From Eledone cirrhosa (lineage: Eukaryota): 64,000 bases of DNA. The position numbers were made by a program, and so were the translations under genes. Positions 22,801 through 37,800 of the stretch are shown piece after piece. The notes below the pieces were generated by a model. It was not told the origin of the DNA. It worked only from the letters and a program-made list of their open reading frames with translations, and searched no databases. The DNA is taken from the NCBI GenBank assembly GCA_964016885.1, contig OZ024742.1, positions 371,318,001 through 371,382,000 of the forward strand, given 5' to 3'. Position 1 is the stretch's first letter; each line of letters begins with the position of its first letter.

Positions 22801-25800
22801 GCTCTCCTAGACACCCTACCTTCTCCACAGTAAAGTTAACTGCTCTCCTAGACACCCTACCTTCTCCACACTAAAGTTAACTGCTCTCCTAGACACCCTA
22901 CCTTCTCCACAACAGTTAACTGCTCTCCTAGACACCCTACCTTCTCCACAACAAAGTTAACTGCTCTCCTAGACACCCTACCTTTTCCACAGTAAAGTTA
23001 ACTGCTCTCCTAGACACCCTACCTTCTCCACTACAAAGTTAACTGCTCTCCTAGACACTTGACCTTCTCCACTACAAAGTTAACTGCTCTCCTAGACACT
23101 TGACCTTCTCCACTACAAAGTTAACTGCTCTCCTAGACACTTGACCTTCTCCACTACAAAGTTAACTGCTCTCCTAGACACCAGACCTTCTCCACAACAA
23201 AGTTTACTGCTCTCCTAGACACCCTACCTTATCCACAACAAAGTTAACTGCTCTCCTAGACACTTGATCTTCTCCACTACAAAGTTAACTGCTCTCCTAC
23301 ACACCCTACTTTCTCCACAACAGTTAACTGCTCTCCTAGACACCCTACCTTCTCCACAACAGTTAACTGCTCTCCTAGACACCCTACCTTCTCCACAACA
23401 GTTAACTGCTCGCCTAGACACCCTGCCTTCTCCACTACAAAGTTAAATGCTCTCCTAGACACCCGACCTTCTCCACAGTAAAGTTAACTGCTCTCCTAGA
23501 CACCCTACCTTCTCCACAGTAAAGTTAACTGCTCTCCTAGACACTTGACCTTCTCCACTACAAAGTTAACTGCTCTCCTAGACACTTGACCTTCTCCACT
23601 ACAAAGTTAACTGCTCTCCTAGACACCAGACCTTCTCCACAACAAAGTTAACTGCTCTCCTAGACACCCTACCTTCTCCACAACAAAGTTAACTGCTCTC
23701 CTAGACACCCTACCTTCTCCACAGTAAAGTTAAATGCTCTCCTAGACACCCGACCTTCTCCACAGTAAAGTTAACTGCTCTCCTAGACACCCTACCTTCT
23801 CCACATTAAAGTTAACTGCTCTCCTAGACACCCTACCTTCTCCACAGTAAAGTTAACTGCTCTCCTAGACACCAGACCTTCTCCACTACAAAGTTAACTG
23901 CTCTCCTAGACACCCTACCTTCTCCACAACAGTTAACTGCTCTCCTTGACACCCTACCTTCTCCACAACAGTTAACTGCTCTCCTAGACACCCTACCTTC
24001 TCCACTGTAAAGTTAACTGCTCTCCTAGACACCCAACCTTCACAACAAAGTTAACTGCTCTCCTAGACACCCTACTTTCTCCACAACAGTTAACTGCTCT
24101 CCTAGACACCCTACCTTCTCCACAACAGTTAACTGCTCTCCTAGACACCCTACCTTCTCCACAACAGTTAACTGCTCGCCTAGACACCCTGCCTTCTCCA
24201 CTACAAAGTTAACTGCTCTCCTAGACACCCTACCTTCTCCACAGTAAAGTTAACTGCTCTCCTAGACACCCTACCTTCTCCACAGTAAAGTTAACTGCTC
24301 TCCTAGACACCAGACCTTCTCCACAACAAAGTTTACTGCTCTCCTAGACACCCTACCTTATCCACAACAAAGTTAACTGCTCTCCTAGACACCCGACCTT
24401 CTCCACAACAAAGTTAACTGCTCTCCTAGACACCCTACCTTCTCCACAACAAAGTTAACTGCTCTCCTACACACCCTACCTTCTCCACTACAAAGTTAAC
24501 TGCTCTCCTAGACACCCTACCTTCTCCACTACAAAGTTAACTGCTCTCCTAGACACTCTACCTTCTCCACAGTAAAGTTAACTGCTCTCCTAGACACCCT
24601 ACCTTTTCCACAGCAAAGTTAACTGCTCTCCTAGACACCCTACCTTCTCCACAGTAAAGTTAACTGCTCTCCTAGACACCCTACCTTCTCCACACTAAAG
24701 TTAACTGCTCTCCTAGACACCCTACCTTCTCCACAACAGTTAACTGCTCTCCTAGACACCCTACCTTCTCCACAACAAAGTTAACTGCTCTCCTAGACAC
24801 CCTACCTTTTCCACAGTAAAGTTAACTGCTCTCCTAGACACCCTACCTTCTCCACTACAAAGTTAACTGCTCTCCTAGACACTTGACCTTCTCCACTACA
24901 AAGTTAACTGCTCTCCTAGACACTTGACCTTCTCCACTACAAAGTTAACTGCTCTCCTAGACACCAGACCTTCTCCACAACAAACTTTACTGCTCTCCTA
25001 GACACCCTACCTTATCCACAACAAAGTTAACTGCTCTCCTAGACACTTGATCTTCTCCACTACAAAGTTAACTGCTCTCCTAGACACCCTACCTTTCTCC
25101 ACAGTAAAGTTAACTGCTCTCCTAGACACCCTACCTTCTCCACAACAAAGTTAACTGCTCTCCTAGACACCCTACCTTTTCCACAGTAAAGTTAACTGCT
25201 CTCCTAGACACCCTACCTTCTCCTCTACAAAGTTAACTGCTCTCCTAGACACTTGACCTTCTCCACTACAAAGTTAACTGCTCTCCTAGACACTTGACCT
25301 TCTCCACTACAAAGTTAACTGCTCTCCTAGACACCAGACCTTCTCCACAACAAAGTTTACTGCTCTCCTAGACACCCTACCTTCTCCACAGTAAAGTTAA
25401 CTGCTCTCCTAGACACCAGACCTTCTCCACTACAAAGTTAACTGCTCTCCTAGACACCCTACCTTTCTCCACAGTAAAGTTAACTGCTCTCCTAGACACC
25501 CTACCTTCTCCACAACAGTTAACTGCTCTCCTAGACACCCTACCTTCTCCACAACAGTTAACTGCTCTCCTAGACACCCTACCTTCTCCACAACAGTTAA
25601 CTGCTCTCCTAGACACCCTACCTTCTCCACAACAGTTAACTGCTCTCCTAGACACCCTACCTTCTCCACAACAGTTAACTGCTCTCCTAGACACCCTACC
25701 TTCTCCACAACAGTTAACTGCTCTCCTAGACACCCTACCTTCTCCACAACAGTTAACTGCTCTCCTAGACACCCTACCTTCTCCACAACAGTTAACTGCT

Positions 25801-28800
25801 CTCCTAGACACCCTACCTTCTCCACAACCGTTAACTGCTCTCCTAGACACCCTACCTTCTCCACAACAAAGTTAGCTGCTATCCTAGACACCCTACCTTC
25901 ACCACAGTAAAGTTAACTGCTCTCCTAGACACCCTACCTTCTCCACAGTAAGGTTAACTGCTCTCCGAGACACCCTACCTTCTCCACAACAAAGTTAACT
26001 GCTCTCCTAGACACCCTACCTTCTCCACAACAAAGTTAACTGCTCTCCTAGACACCCTACCTTCTCCACAACAGTTAACTGCTCTCCTAGACACCCTACC
26101 TTCTCCACAACAAAGTTAACTGCTCTCCTAGACACCCTACCTTCTCCACAGTAAAGTTAACTGCTCTCCTAGACACCCTACCTTCTCCACAGTAAAGTTA
26201 ACTGCTCTCCTAGACACCAGACCTTCTCCACAACAAAGTTTACTGCTCTCCTAGACACCCTACCTTATCCACAACAAAGTTAACTGCTCTCCTAGACACC
26301 CGACCTTCTCCACAACAAAGTTAACTGCTCTCCTAGACACCCTACCTTCTCCACAACAAAGTTAACTGCTCTCCTACACACCCTACCTTCTCCACTACAA
26401 AGTTAACTGCTCTCCTAGACACCCTACCTTCTCCACTACAAAGTTAACTGCTCTCCTAGACACCCTACCTTCTCCACAGTAAAGTTAACTGCTCTCCTAG
26501 ACACCCTACCTTTTCCACAGCAAAGTTAACTGCTCTCCTAGACACCCTACCTTCTCCACAGTAAAGTTAACTGCTCTCCTAGACACCCTACCTTCTCCAC
26601 ACTAAAGTTAACTGCTCTCCTAGACACCCTACCTTCTCCACAACAGTTAACTGCTCTCCTAGACACCCTACCTTCTCCACAACAAAGTTAACTGCTCTCC
26701 TAGACACCCTACCTTTTCCACAGTAAAGTTAACTGCTCTCCTAGACACCCTACCTTCTCCACTACAAAGTTAACTGCTCTCCTAGACACTTGACCTTCTC
26801 CACTACAAAGTTAACTGCTCTCCTAGACACTTGACCTTCTCCACTACAAAGTTAACTGCTCTCCTAGACACCAGACCTTCTCCACAACAAAGTTTACTGC
26901 TCTCCTAGACACCCTACCTTATCCACAACAAAGTTAACTGCTCTCCTAGACACTTGATCTTCTCCACTACAAAGTTAACTGCTCTCCTAGACACCCTACT
27001 TTCTCCACAACAGTTAACTGCTCTCCTAGACACCCTACCTTCTCCACAACAGTTAACTGCTCTCCTAGACACCCTACCTTCTCCACAACAGTTAACTGCT
27101 CGCCTAGACACCCTGCCTTCTCCACTACAAAGTTAACTGCTCTCCTAGACACCCTACCTTCTCCACAGTAAAGTTAAATGCTCTCCTAGACACCCGACCT
27201 TCTCCACAGTAAAGTTAACTGCTCTCCTAGACACCCTACCTTCTCCACAACAAAGTTAACTGCTCTCCTAGACACTTGACCTTCTCCACTACAAAGTTAA
27301 CTGCTCTCCTAGACACTTGACCTTCTCTATTACAAAGTTAACTACTCTCCTAGACACTCTACCTTCTCCACAACAGTTAACTGCTCTCCTAGACACCCTA
27401 CCTTCTCCACTGTAAAGTTAACTGCTCTCCTAGACACCCAACCTTCACAACAAAGTTAACTGCTCTCCTAGACACCCTACTTTCTCCACAACAGTTAACT
27501 GCTCTCCTAGACACCCTACCTTCTCCACAACAGTTAACTGCTCTCCTAGACACCCTACCTTCTCCACAACAGTTAACTGCTCGCCTAGACACCCTGCCTT
27601 CTCCACTACAAATTTAACTGCTCTCCTAGACACCCTACCTTCTCCACAGTAAAGTTAAATGCTCTCCTAGACACCCGACCTTCTCCACAGTAAAGTTAAC
27701 TGCTCTCCTAGACACCCTACCTTCTCCACAGTAAAGTTAACTGCTCTCCTAGACACCCTACCTTCTCCACAGTAAAGTTAACTGCTCTCCTAGACACCAG
27801 ACCTTCTCCACAACAAAGTTTACTGCTCTCCTAGACACCCTACCTTATCCACAACAAAGTTAACTGCTCTCCTAGACACCCGACCTTCTCCACAACAAAG
27901 TTAACTGCTCTCCTAGACACCCTACCTTCTCCACAACAAAGTTAACTGCTCTCCTACACACCCTACCTTCTCCACTACAAAGTTAACTGCTCTCCTAGAC
28001 ACCCTACCTTCTCCACTACAAAGTTAACTGCTCTCCTAGACACCCTACCTTCTCCACAGTAAAGTTAACTGCTCTCCTAGACACCCTACCTTTTCCACAG
28101 CAAAGTTAACTGCTCTCCTAGACACCCTACCTTCTCCACAGTAAAGTTAACTGCTCTCCTAGACACCCTACCTTCTCCACACTAAAGTTAACTGCTCTCC
28201 TAGACACCCTACCTTCTCCACAACAGTTAACTGCTCTCCTAGACACCCTACCTTCTCCACAACAAAGTTAACTGCTCTCCTAGACACCCTACCTTTTCCA
28301 CAGTAAAGTTAACTGCTCTCCTAGACACCCTACCTTCTCCACTACAAAGTTAACTGCTCTCCTAGACACTTGACCTTCTCCACTACAAAGTTAACTGCTC
28401 TCCTAGACACTTGACCTTCTCCACTACAAAGTTAACTGCTCTCCTAGACACCAGACCTTCTCCACAACAAAGTTTACTGCTCTCCTAGACACCCTACCTT
28501 ATCCAGAACAAAGTTAACTGCTCTCCTAGACACTTGATCTTCTCCACTACAAAGTTAACTGCTCTCCTAGACACCCTACTTTCTCCACAACAGTTAACTG
28601 CTCTCATAGACACCCTACCTTCTCCACAACAGTTAACTGCTCTCCTAGACACCCTACCTTCTCCACAACAGTTAACTGCTCGCCTAGACACCCTGCCTTC
28701 TCCACTACAAAGTTAACTGCTCTCCTAGACACCCTACCTTCTCCACAGTAAAGTTAAATGCTCTCCTAGACACCCTACCTTCTCCACAACAGTTAACTGC

Positions 28801-31800
28801 TCTCCTAGACACCCTACCTTTTCCACAGTAAAGTTAACTGCTCTCCTAGACACCCTACCTTCTCCACTACAAAGTTAACTGCTCTCCTAGACACTTGACC
28901 TTCTCCACTACAAAGTTAACTGCTCTCCTAGACACTTGACCTTCTCCACTACAAAGTTAACTGCTCTCCTAGACACTTGACCTTCTCCACTACAAAGTTA
29001 ACTGCTCTCCTAGACACCAGACCTTCTCCACAACAAAGTTTACTGCTCTCCTAGACACCCTACCTTATCCACAACAAAGTTAACTGCTCTCCTAGACACT
29101 TGATCTTCTCCACTACAAAGTTAACTGCTCTCCTACACACCCTACTTTCTCCACAACAGTTAACTGCTCTCCTAGACACCCTACCTTCTCCACAACAGTT
29201 AACTGCTCTCCTAGACACCCTACCTTCTCCACAACAGTTAACTGCTCGCCTAGACACCCTGCCTTCTCCACTACAAAGTTAAATGCTCTCCTAGACACCC
29301 GACCTTCTCCACAGTAAAGTTAACTGCTCTCCTAGACACCCTACCTTCTCCACAGTAAAGTTAACTGCTCTCCTAGACACTTGACCTTCTCCACTACAAA
29401 GTTAACTGCTCTCCTAGACACTTGACCTTCTCCACTACAAAGTTAACTGCTCTCCTAGACACCAGACCTTCTCCACAACAAAGTTAACTGCTCTCCTAGA
29501 CACCCTACCTTCTCCACAACAAAGTTAACTGCTCTCCTAGACACCCTACCTTCTCCACAGTAAAGTTAAATGCTCTCCTAGACACCCGACCTTCTCCACA
29601 GTAAAGTTAACTGCTCTCCTAGACACCCTACCTTCTCCACATTAAAGTTAACTGCTCTCCTAGACACCCTACCTTCTCCACAGTAAAGTTAACTGCTCTC
29701 CTAGACACCAGACCTTCTCCACTACAAAGTTAACTGCTCTCCTAGACACCCTACCTTCTCCACAACAGTTAACTGCTCTCCTTGACACCCTACCTTCTCC
29801 ACAACAGTTAACTGCTCTCCTAGACACCCTACCTTCTCCACTGTAAAGTTAACTGCTCTCCTAGACACCCAACCTTCACAACAAAGTTAACTGCTCTCCT
29901 AGACACCCTACTTTCTCCACAACAGTTAACTGCTCTCCTAGACACCCTACCTTCTCCACAACAGTTAACTGCTCTCCTAGACACCCTACCTTCTCCACAA
30001 CAGTTAACTGCTCGCCTAGACACCCTGCCTTCTCCACTACAAAGTTAACTGCTCTCCTAGACACCCTACCTTCTCCACAGTAAAGTTAACTGCTCTCCTA
30101 GACACCCTACCTTCTCCACAGTAAAGTTAACTGCTCTCCTAGACACCAGACCTTCTCCACAACAAAGTTTACTGCTCTCCTAGACACCCTACCTTATCCA
30201 CAACAAAGTTAACTGCTCTCCTAGACACCCGACCTTCTCCACAACAAAGTTAACTGCTCTCCTAGACACCCTACCTTCTCCACAACAAAGTTAACTGCTC
30301 TCCTACACACCCTACCTTCTCCACTACAAAGTTAACTGCTCTCCTAGACACCCTACCTTCTCCACTACAAAGTTAACTGCTCTCCTAGACACTCTACCTT
30401 CTCCACAGTAAAGTTAACTGCTCTCCTAGACACCCTACCTTTTCCACAGCAAAGTTAACTGCTCTCCTAGACACCCTACCTTCTCCACAGTAAAGTTAAC
30501 TGCTCTCCTAGACACCCTACCTTCTCCACACTAAAGTTAACTGCTCTCCTAGACACCCTACCTTCTCCACAACAGTTAACTGCTCTCCTAGACACCCTAC
30601 CTTCTCCACAACAAAGTTAACTGCTCTCCTAGACACCCTACCTTTTCCACAGTAAAGTTAACTGCTCTCCTAGACACCCTACCTTCTCCACTACAAAGTT
30701 AACTGCTCTCCTAGACACTTGACCTTCTCCACTACAAAGTTAACTGCTCTCCTAGACACTTGACCTTCTCCACTACAAAGTTAACTGCTCTCCTAGACAC
30801 CAGACCTTCTCCACAACAAACTTTACTGCTCTCCTAGACACCCTACCTTATCCACAACAAAGTTAACTGCTCTCCTAGACACTTGATCTTCTCCACTACA
30901 AAGTTAACTGCTCTCCTAGACACCCTACCTTTCTCCACAGTAAAGTTAACTGCTCTCCTAGACACCCTACCTTCTCCACAACAAAGTTAACTGCTCTCCT
31001 AGACACCCTACCTTTTCCACAGTAAAGTTAACTGCTCTCCTAGACACCCTACCTTCTCCACTACAAAGTTAACTGCTCTCCTAGACACTTGACCTTCTCC
31101 ACTACAAAGTTAACTGCTCTCCTAGACACTTGACCTTCTCCACTACAAAGTTAACTGCTCTCCTAGACACCAGACCTTCTCCACAACAAAGTTTACTGCT
31201 CTCCTAGACACCCTACCTTCTCCACAGTAAAGTTAACTGCTCTCCTAGACACCAGACCTTCTCCACTACAAAGTTAACTGCTCTCCTAGACACCCTACCT
31301 TTCTCCACAGTAAAGTTAACTGCTCTCCTAGACACCCTACCTTCTCCACAACAGTTAACTGCTCTCCTAGACACCCTACCTTCTCCACAACAGTTAACTG
31401 CTCTCCTAGACACCCTACCTTCTCCACAACAGTTAACTGCTCTCCTAGACACCCTACCTTCTCCACAACAGTTAACTGCTCTCCTAGACACCCTACCTTC
31501 TCCACAACAGTTAACTGCTCTCCTAGACACCCTACCTTCTCCACAACAGTTAACTGCTCTCCTAGACACCCTACCTTCTCCACAACAGTTAACTGCTCTC
31601 CTAGACACCCTACCTTCTCCACAACAGTTAACTGCTCTCCTAGACACCCTACCTTCTCCACAACCGTTAACTGCTCTCCTAGACACCCTACCTTCTCCAC
31701 AACAAAGTTAGCTGCTATCCTAGACACCCTACCTTCACCACAGTAAAGTTAACTGCTCTCCTAGACACCCTACCTTCTCCACAGTAAGGTTAACTGCTCT

Positions 31801-34800
31801 CCGAGACACCCTACCTTCTCCACAACAAAGTTAACTGCTCTCCTAGACACCCTACCTTCTCCACAACAAAGTTAACTGCTCTCCTAGACACCCTACCTTC
31901 TCCACAACAGTTAACTGCTCTCCTAGACACCCTACCTTCTCCACAACAAAGTTAACTGCTCTCCTAGACACCCTACCTTCTCCACAGTAAAGTTAACTGC
32001 TCTCCTAGACACCCTACCTTCTCCACAGTAAAGTTAACTGCTCTCCTAGACACCAGACCTTCTCCACAACAAAGTTTACTGCTCTCCTAGACACCCTACC
32101 TTATCCACAACAAAGTTAACTGCTCTCCTAGACACCCGACCTTCTCCACAACAAAGTTAACTGCTCTCCTAGACACCCTACCTTCTCCACAACAAAGTTA
32201 ACTGCTCTCCTACACACCCTACCTTCTCCACTACAAAGTTAACTGCTCTCCTAGACACCCTACCTTCTCCACTACAAAGTTAACTGCTCTCCTAGACACC
32301 CTACCTTCTCCACAGTAAAGTTAACTGCTCTCCTAGACACCCTACCTTTTCCACAGCAAAGTTAACTGCTCTCCTAGACACCCTACCTTCTCCACAGTAA
32401 AGTTAACTGCTCTCCTAGACACCCTACCTTCTCCACACTAAAGTTAACTGCTCTCCTAGACACCCTACCTTCTCCACAACAGTTAACTGCTCTCCTAGAC
32501 ACCCTACCTTCTCCACAACAAAGTTAACTGCTCTCCTAGACACCCTACCTTTTCCACAGTAAAGTTAACTGCTCTCCTAGACACCCTACCTTCTCCACTA
32601 CAAAGTTAACTGCTCTCCTAGACACTTGACCTTCTCCACTACAAAGTTAACTGCTCTCCTAGACACTTGACCTTCTCCACTACAAAGTTAACTGCTCTCC
32701 TAGACACCAGACCTTCTCCACAACAAAGTTTACTGCTCTCCTAGACACCCTACCTTATCCACAACAAAGTTAACTGCTCTCCTAGACACTTGATCTTCTC
32801 CACTACAAAGTTAACTGCTCTCCTAGACACCCTACTTTCTCCACAACAGTTAACTGCTCTCCTAGACACCCTACCTTCTCCACAACAGTTAACTGCTCTC
32901 CTAGACACCCTACCTTCTCCACAACAGTTAACTGCTCGCCTAGACACCCTGCCTTCTCCACTACAAAGTTAACTGCTCTCCTAGACACCCTACCTTCTCC
33001 ACAGTAAAGTTAAATGCTCTCCTAGACACCCGACCTTCTCCACAGTAAAGTTAACTGCTCTCCTAGACACCCTACCTTCTCCACAACAAAGTTAACTGCT
33101 CTCCTAGACACTTGACCTTCTCCACTACAAAGTTAACTGCTCTCCTAGACACTTGACCTTCTCTATTACAAAGTTAACTACTCTCCTAGACACTCTACCT
33201 TCTCCACAACAGTTAACTGCTCTCCTAGACACCCTACCTTCTCCACTGTAAAGTTAACTGCTCTCCTAGACACCCAACCTTCACAACAAAGTTAACTGCT
33301 CTCCTAGACACCCTACTTTCTCCACAACAGTTAACTGCTCTCCTAGACACCCTACCTTCTCCACAACAGTTAACTGCTCTCCTAGACACCCTACCTTCTC
33401 CACAACAGTTAACTGCTCGCCTAGACACCCTGCCTTCTCCACTACAAATTTAACTGCTCTCCTAGACACCCTACCTTCTCCACAGTAAAGTTAAATGCTC
33501 TCCTAGACACCCGACCTTCTCCACAGTAAAGTTAACTGCTCTCCTAGACACCCTACCTTCTCCACAGTAAAGTTAACTGCTCTCCTAGACACCCTACCTT
33601 CTCCACAGTAAAGTTAACTGCTCTCCTAGACACCAGACCTTCTCCACAACAAAGTTTACTGCTCTCCTAGACACCCTACCTTATCCACAACAAAGTTAAC
33701 TGCTCTCCTAGACACCCGACCTTCTCCACAACAAAGTTAACTGCTCTCCTAGACACCCTACCTTCTCCACAACAAAGTTAACTGCTCTCCTACACACCCT
33801 ACCTTCTCCACTACAAAGTTAACTGCTCTCCTAGACACCCTACCTTCTCCACTACAAAGTTAACTGCTCTCCTAGACACCCTACCTTCTCCACAGTAAAG
33901 TTAACTGCTCTCCTAGACACCCTACCTTTTCCACAGCAAAGTTAACTGCTCTCCTAGACACCCTACCTTCTCCACAGTAAAGTTAACTGCTCTCCTAGAC
34001 ACCCTACCTTCTCCACACTAAAGTTAACTGCTCTCCTAGACACCCTACCTTCTCCACAACAGTTAACTGCTCTCCTAGACACCCTACCTTCTCCACAACA
34101 AAGTTAACTGCTCTCCTAGACACCCTACCTTTTCCACAGTAAAGTTAACTGCTCTCCTAGACACCCTACCTTCTCCACTACAAAGTTAACTGCTCTCCTA
34201 GACACTTGACCTTCTCCACTACAAAGTTAACTGCTCTCCTAGACACTTGACCTTCTCCACTACAAAGTTAACTGCTCTCCTAGACACCAGACCTTCTCCA
34301 CAACAAAGTTTACTGCTCTCCTAGACACCCTACCTTATCCAGAACAAAGTTAACTGCTCTCCTAGACACTTGATCTTCTCCACTACAAAGTTAACTGCTC
34401 TCCTAGACACCCTACTTTCTCCACAACAGTTAACTGCTCTCATAGACACCCTACCTTCTCCACAACAGTTAACTGCTCTCCTAGACACCCTACCTTCTCC
34501 ACAACAGTTAACTGCTCGCCTAGACACCCTGCCTTCTCCACTACAAAGTTAACTGCTCTCCTAGACACCCTACCTTCTCCACAGTAAAGTTAAATGCTCT
34601 CCTAGACACCCGACCTTCTCCACAGTAAAGTTAACTGCTCTCCTAGACACCCTACCTTCTCCACAGTAAAGTTAACTGCTCTCCTAGACACTTGACCTTC
34701 TCCACTACAAAGTTAACTGCTCTCCTAGACACTTGACCTTCTCCACTACAAAGTTAACTGCTCTCCTAGACACCAGACCTTCTCCACAACAAAGTTAACT

Positions 34801-37800
34801 GCTCTCCTAGACACCCTACCTTCTCCACAACAAAGTTAACTGCTCTCCTAGACACCCTACCTTCTCCACAACAGTTAACTGCTCTCATAGACACCCTACC
34901 TTCTCCACTGCAAAGTTAACTGCTCTCCTAGACACCCTACCTTCTCCACAACAGTTAACTGCTCTCCTAGACACCCTACCTTCTCCACAACAGTTAACTG
35001 CTCGCCTAGACACCCTGCCTTCTCCACTACAAAGTTAACTGCTCTCCTAGAGACCCTACCTTCTCCACAGTAAAGTTAAATGCTCTCCTAGACACCCGAC
35101 CTTCTCCACAGTAAAGTTAACTGCTCTCCTAGACACCCTACCTTCTCCACATTAAAGTTAACTGCTCTCCTAGACACCCTACCTTCTCCACAGTAAAGTT
35201 AACTGCTCTCCTAGACACCAGACCTTCTCCACAACAAAGTTTACTGCTCTCCTAGACACCCTACCTTATCCACAACAAAGTTAACTGCTCTCCTAGACAC
35301 CCGACCTTCTCCACAACAAAGTTAACTGCTCTCCTAGACACCCTACCTTCTCTACAACAAAGTTAACTGCTCTCCTAGACACCCTACCTTCTCCACTACA
35401 AAGTTAACTGCTCTCTTAGACACTTGACCTTCTCCACTACAAAGTTAACTGCTCTCCTAGACACTTGACCTTCTCCACTACAAAGTTAACTGCTCTCCTA
35501 GACACTTGACCTTCTCCACTACAAAGTTAACTGCTCTCCTAGACACTTGACCTTCTCCACTACAAAGTTAACTGCTCTCCTAGACACCCTACCTTCTCCA
35601 CAACAAAGTTAACTGCTCTCCTAGACACCCTACCTTCTGCACAACAGTTAACTGCTCTCATAGACACCCTACCTTCTCCACTACAAAGTTAACTGCTCTC
35701 CTAGACACCCTACCTTCTCCACAACAGTTAACTGCTCTCCTAGACACCCTACCTTCTCCACAACAGTTAACTGCTCTCATAGACACCCTACCTTCTCCAC
35801 TACAAAGTTAACTGCTCTCCTAGACACCCTACCTTCTCCACAGTAAAGTTAACTGCTCTCCTAGACACCCTACCTTTTCCACAGCAAAGTTAACTGCTCT
35901 CCTAGACACCCTACCTTCTCCACAACAGTTAACTGCTCTCCTAGACACCCTACCTTCTCCACAACAGTTAACTGCTCGCCTAGACACCCTGCCTTCTCCA
36001 CTACAAAGTTAACTGCTCTCCTAGACACCCTACCTTCTCCACAGTAAAGTTAAATGCTCTCCTAGACACCCGACCTTCTCCACAGTAAAGTTAACTGCTC
36101 TCCTAGACACCCTACCTTCTCCACAACAAAGTTAACTGCTCTCCTAGACACTTGACCTTCTCCACTACAAAGTTAACTGCTCTCCTAGACACTTGACCTT
36201 CTCTATTACAAAGTTAACTACTCTCCTAGACACTCTACCTTCTCCACAACAGTTAACTGCTCTCCTAGACACCCTACCTTCTCCACTGTAAAGTTAACTG
36301 CTCTCCTAGACACCCAACCTTCACAACAAAGTTAACTGCTCTCCTAGACACCCTACTTTCTCCACAACAGTTAACTGCTCTCCTAGACACCCTACCTTCT
36401 CCACAACAGTTAACTGCTCTCCTAGACACCCTACCTTCTCCACAACAGTTAACTGCTCGCCTAGACACCCTGCCTTCTCCACTACAAATTTAACTGCTCT
36501 CCTAGACACCCTACCTTCTCCACAGTAAAGTTAAATGCTCTCCTAGACACCCGACCTTCTCCACAGTAAAGTTAACTGCTCTCCTAGACACCCTACCTTC
36601 TCCACAGTAAAGTTAACTGCTCTCCTAGACACCCTACCTTCTCCACAGTAAAGTTAACTGCTCTCCTAGACACCAGACCTTCTCCACAACAAAGTTTACT
36701 GCTCTCCTAGACACCCTACCTTATCCACAACAAAGTTAACTGCTCTCCTAGACACCCGACCTTCTCCACAACAAAGTTAACTGCTCTCCTAGACACCCTA
36801 CCTTCTCCACAACAAAGTTAACTGCTCTCCTACACACCCTACCTTCTCCACTACAAAGTTAACTGCTCTCCTAGACACCCTACCTTCTCCACTACAAAGT
36901 TAACTGCTCTCCTAGACACCCTACCTTCTCCACAGTAAAGTTAACTGCTCTCCTAGACACCCTACCTTTTCCACAGCAAAGTTAACTGCTCTCCTAGACA
37001 CCCTACCTTCTCCACAGTAAAGTTAACTGCTCTCCTAGACACCCTACCTTCTCCACACTAAAGTTAACTGCTCTCCTAGACACCCTACCTTCTCCACAAC
37101 AGTTAACTGCTCTCCTAGACACCCTACCTTCTCCACAACAAAGTTAACTGCTCTCCTAGACACCCTACCTTTTCCACAGTAAAGTTAACTGCTCTCCTAG
37201 ACACCCTACCTTCTCCACTACAAAGTTAACTGCTCTCCTAGACACTTGACCTTCTCCACTACAAAGTTAACTGCTCTCCTAGACACTTGACCTTCTCCAC
37301 TACAAAGTTAACTGCTCTCCTAGACACCAGACCTTCTCCACAACAAAGTTTACTGCTCTCCTAGACACCCTACCTTATCCAGAACAAAGTTAACTGCTCT
37401 CCTAGACACTTGATCTTCTCCACTACAAAGTTAACTGCTCTCCTAGACACCCTACTTTCTCCACAACAGTTAACTGCTCTCATAGACACCCTACCTTCTC
37501 CACAACAGTTAACTGCTCTCCTAGACACCCTACCTTCTCCACAACAGTTAACTGCTCGCCTAGACACCCTGCCTTCTCCACTACAAAGTTAACTGCTCTC
37601 CTAGACACCCTACCTTCTCCACAGTAAAGTTAACTGCTCTCCTAGACACTTGACCTTCTCCACTACAAAGTTAACTGCTCTCCTAGACACTTGACCTTCT
37701 CCACTACAAAGTTAACTGCTCTCCTAGACACCAGACCTTCTCCACAACAAAGTTAACTGCTCTCCTAGACACCCTACCTTCTCCACAACAAAGTTAACTG

